NCBI GenBank assembly: GCA_029549705.1 | Contig: JAKPIR010000244.1 | Span: forward strand, 1 to 46,400 | From: Pseudomonadota bacterium | GTDB taxonomy: Bacteria; Pseudomonadota; Gammaproteobacteria; Burkholderiales; Methylophilaceae | Direction of reading: 5' to 3' | Length of the DNA: 46,400 nucleotides | Shown: one piece after another, positions 45,619 to 46,400 of the stretch | How positions within the stretch are numbered: the stretch's first letter is position 1 | Layout: every line of letters begins with the position of its first letter | The notes under the pieces: model-generated | The model's input: the letters and a program-made list of their open reading frames with translations, nothing else | Database searches by the model: none | What the model was told of the DNA's origin: nothing | Made by a program: the position numbers and the translations under genes

Positions 45619-46400
45619 TGGGCAAAATTACAGGTTTTTTAGAGTTTGAGCGTTTGTCAGAAGACTATCTGCCAGTCACCAATCGCGTCAAAAATTACAA
45701 AGAATTCGTGCTGCATCTCACCGATGAACAAGCTAAGACACAAGGCGCGCGCTGTATGGATTGCGGCATACCGTTTTGCACCACGGGTTGCCCGATTAAC
45801 AATATTATTCCTGATTGGAATGACTTGGTTTATCACCAAGATTGGCGTGCGGCGATTGATGTTTTGCATTCAACCAATAACTTCCCAGAATTTACAGGCC
45901 GTATCTGCCCAGCACCTTGTGAGGCCGCCTGTACTTTAAATATCAATGATGATGCGGTTGGCATTAAATCCATTGAACATGCGATTATTGATAAAGCTTG
46001 GGAAAATAATTGGGTTACCCCACAAATCAACCCAAATAAAACCGGCAAAAAAGTGGCGGTTGTTGGCTCTGGCCCTGCAGGTTTAGCTGCCGCACAGCAA
46101 TTAGCCCGTGCGGGTCATAGTGTTGTTGTGCTGGAAAAAAATAACCGTATTGGTGGGTTGTTACGCTATGGTATTCCTGATTTTAAAATGGAAAAATCGC
46201 ACATAGATCGCCGCATGGCACAAATGCAAGCCGAAGGTGTTGAGTTCCGCGTCAATCAACACGTAGGCGACAATGTCATTGCCGATGATTTAGTGGCTGA
46301 ATTTGATGCAGTATTATTGGCCGCCGGTGCTGAGCAGCCACGGGACTTACCGGTTAAGGGGCGTGAACTTGAAGGCGTGCATTTTGCAATGGATTTTTTA
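45618..46400 (+). CDS. gltD: Glutamate synthase small subunit, 5' part (runs off the window end)
   Basis: Not in the ORF track. The ATG overlaps the gltB stop (TAATG). Translates to [54 protein letters not shown]. Confidence 0.97.
   Translation, partial: MGKITGFLEFERLSEDYLPVTNRVKNYKEFVLHLTDEQAKTQGARCMDCGIPFCTTGCPINNIIPDWNDLVYHQDWRAAIDVLHSTNNFPEFTGRICPAPCEAACTLNINDDAVGIKSIEHAIIDKAWENNWVTPQINPNKTGKKVAVVGSGPAGLAAAQQLARAGHSVVVLEKNNRIGGLLRYGIPDFKMEKSHIDRRMAQMQAEGVEFRVNQHVGDNVIADDLVAEFDAVLLAAGAEQPRDLPVKGRELEGVHFAMDFL

Overview
This is the replication-origin region of a betaproteobacterial chromosome, most likely Methylophilaceae (Methylotenera/Methylophilus-like). That assignment is inferred from a cytochrome c''-like gene, the gene order, and the lack of recF between dnaN and gyrB. 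Gene order: gyrB (partial)-dnaN-[oriC]-dnaA, then divergently rpmH-rnpA-yidD-yidC-mnmE, a small variable patch (DUF2853 gene, heavily eroded MmeI-like type IIL restriction-modification relic, cytochrome c''), mnmG-rsmG-parA-parB, atpIBEFHAGDC-glmU-glmS, MgtC/DUF4010, yaeQ, ettA, a BFD-like ferredoxin, an SDR, dsbA, a SPOR protein, argS, priA, tRNA-Gly(CCC)-thiD-thiE-hemL, gdhA, gltB and gltD (partial). The coding content is almost all housekeeping, and I see no intact novel multi-gene system, prophage, CRISPR array or transposase. The unusual signals are mostly non-coding: (1) a four-copy ~100-bp dispersed palindromic element (14-bp arms, 11-nt loop) whose loop occurs in both orientations relative to its asymmetric flanks; (2) a 127-bp MITE with IS5/IS1106-like ends, a 5-bp target duplication and a dRS3-type palindrome inside; (3) four perfect parS sites, two inside genes and one forming the core of a terminator-like 34-bp palindrome; (4) an oriC with a Bacillus-like DnaA-box/DnaA-trio/AT-cluster layout; (5) an apparent NtrC switch repressing gdhA and activating gltBD; and (6) a ~20-aa insertion in the ATP synthase gamma subunit at the position of the phototroph regulatory insert. 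Family assignments come from motif recognition and recalled sequences; no database search was run.
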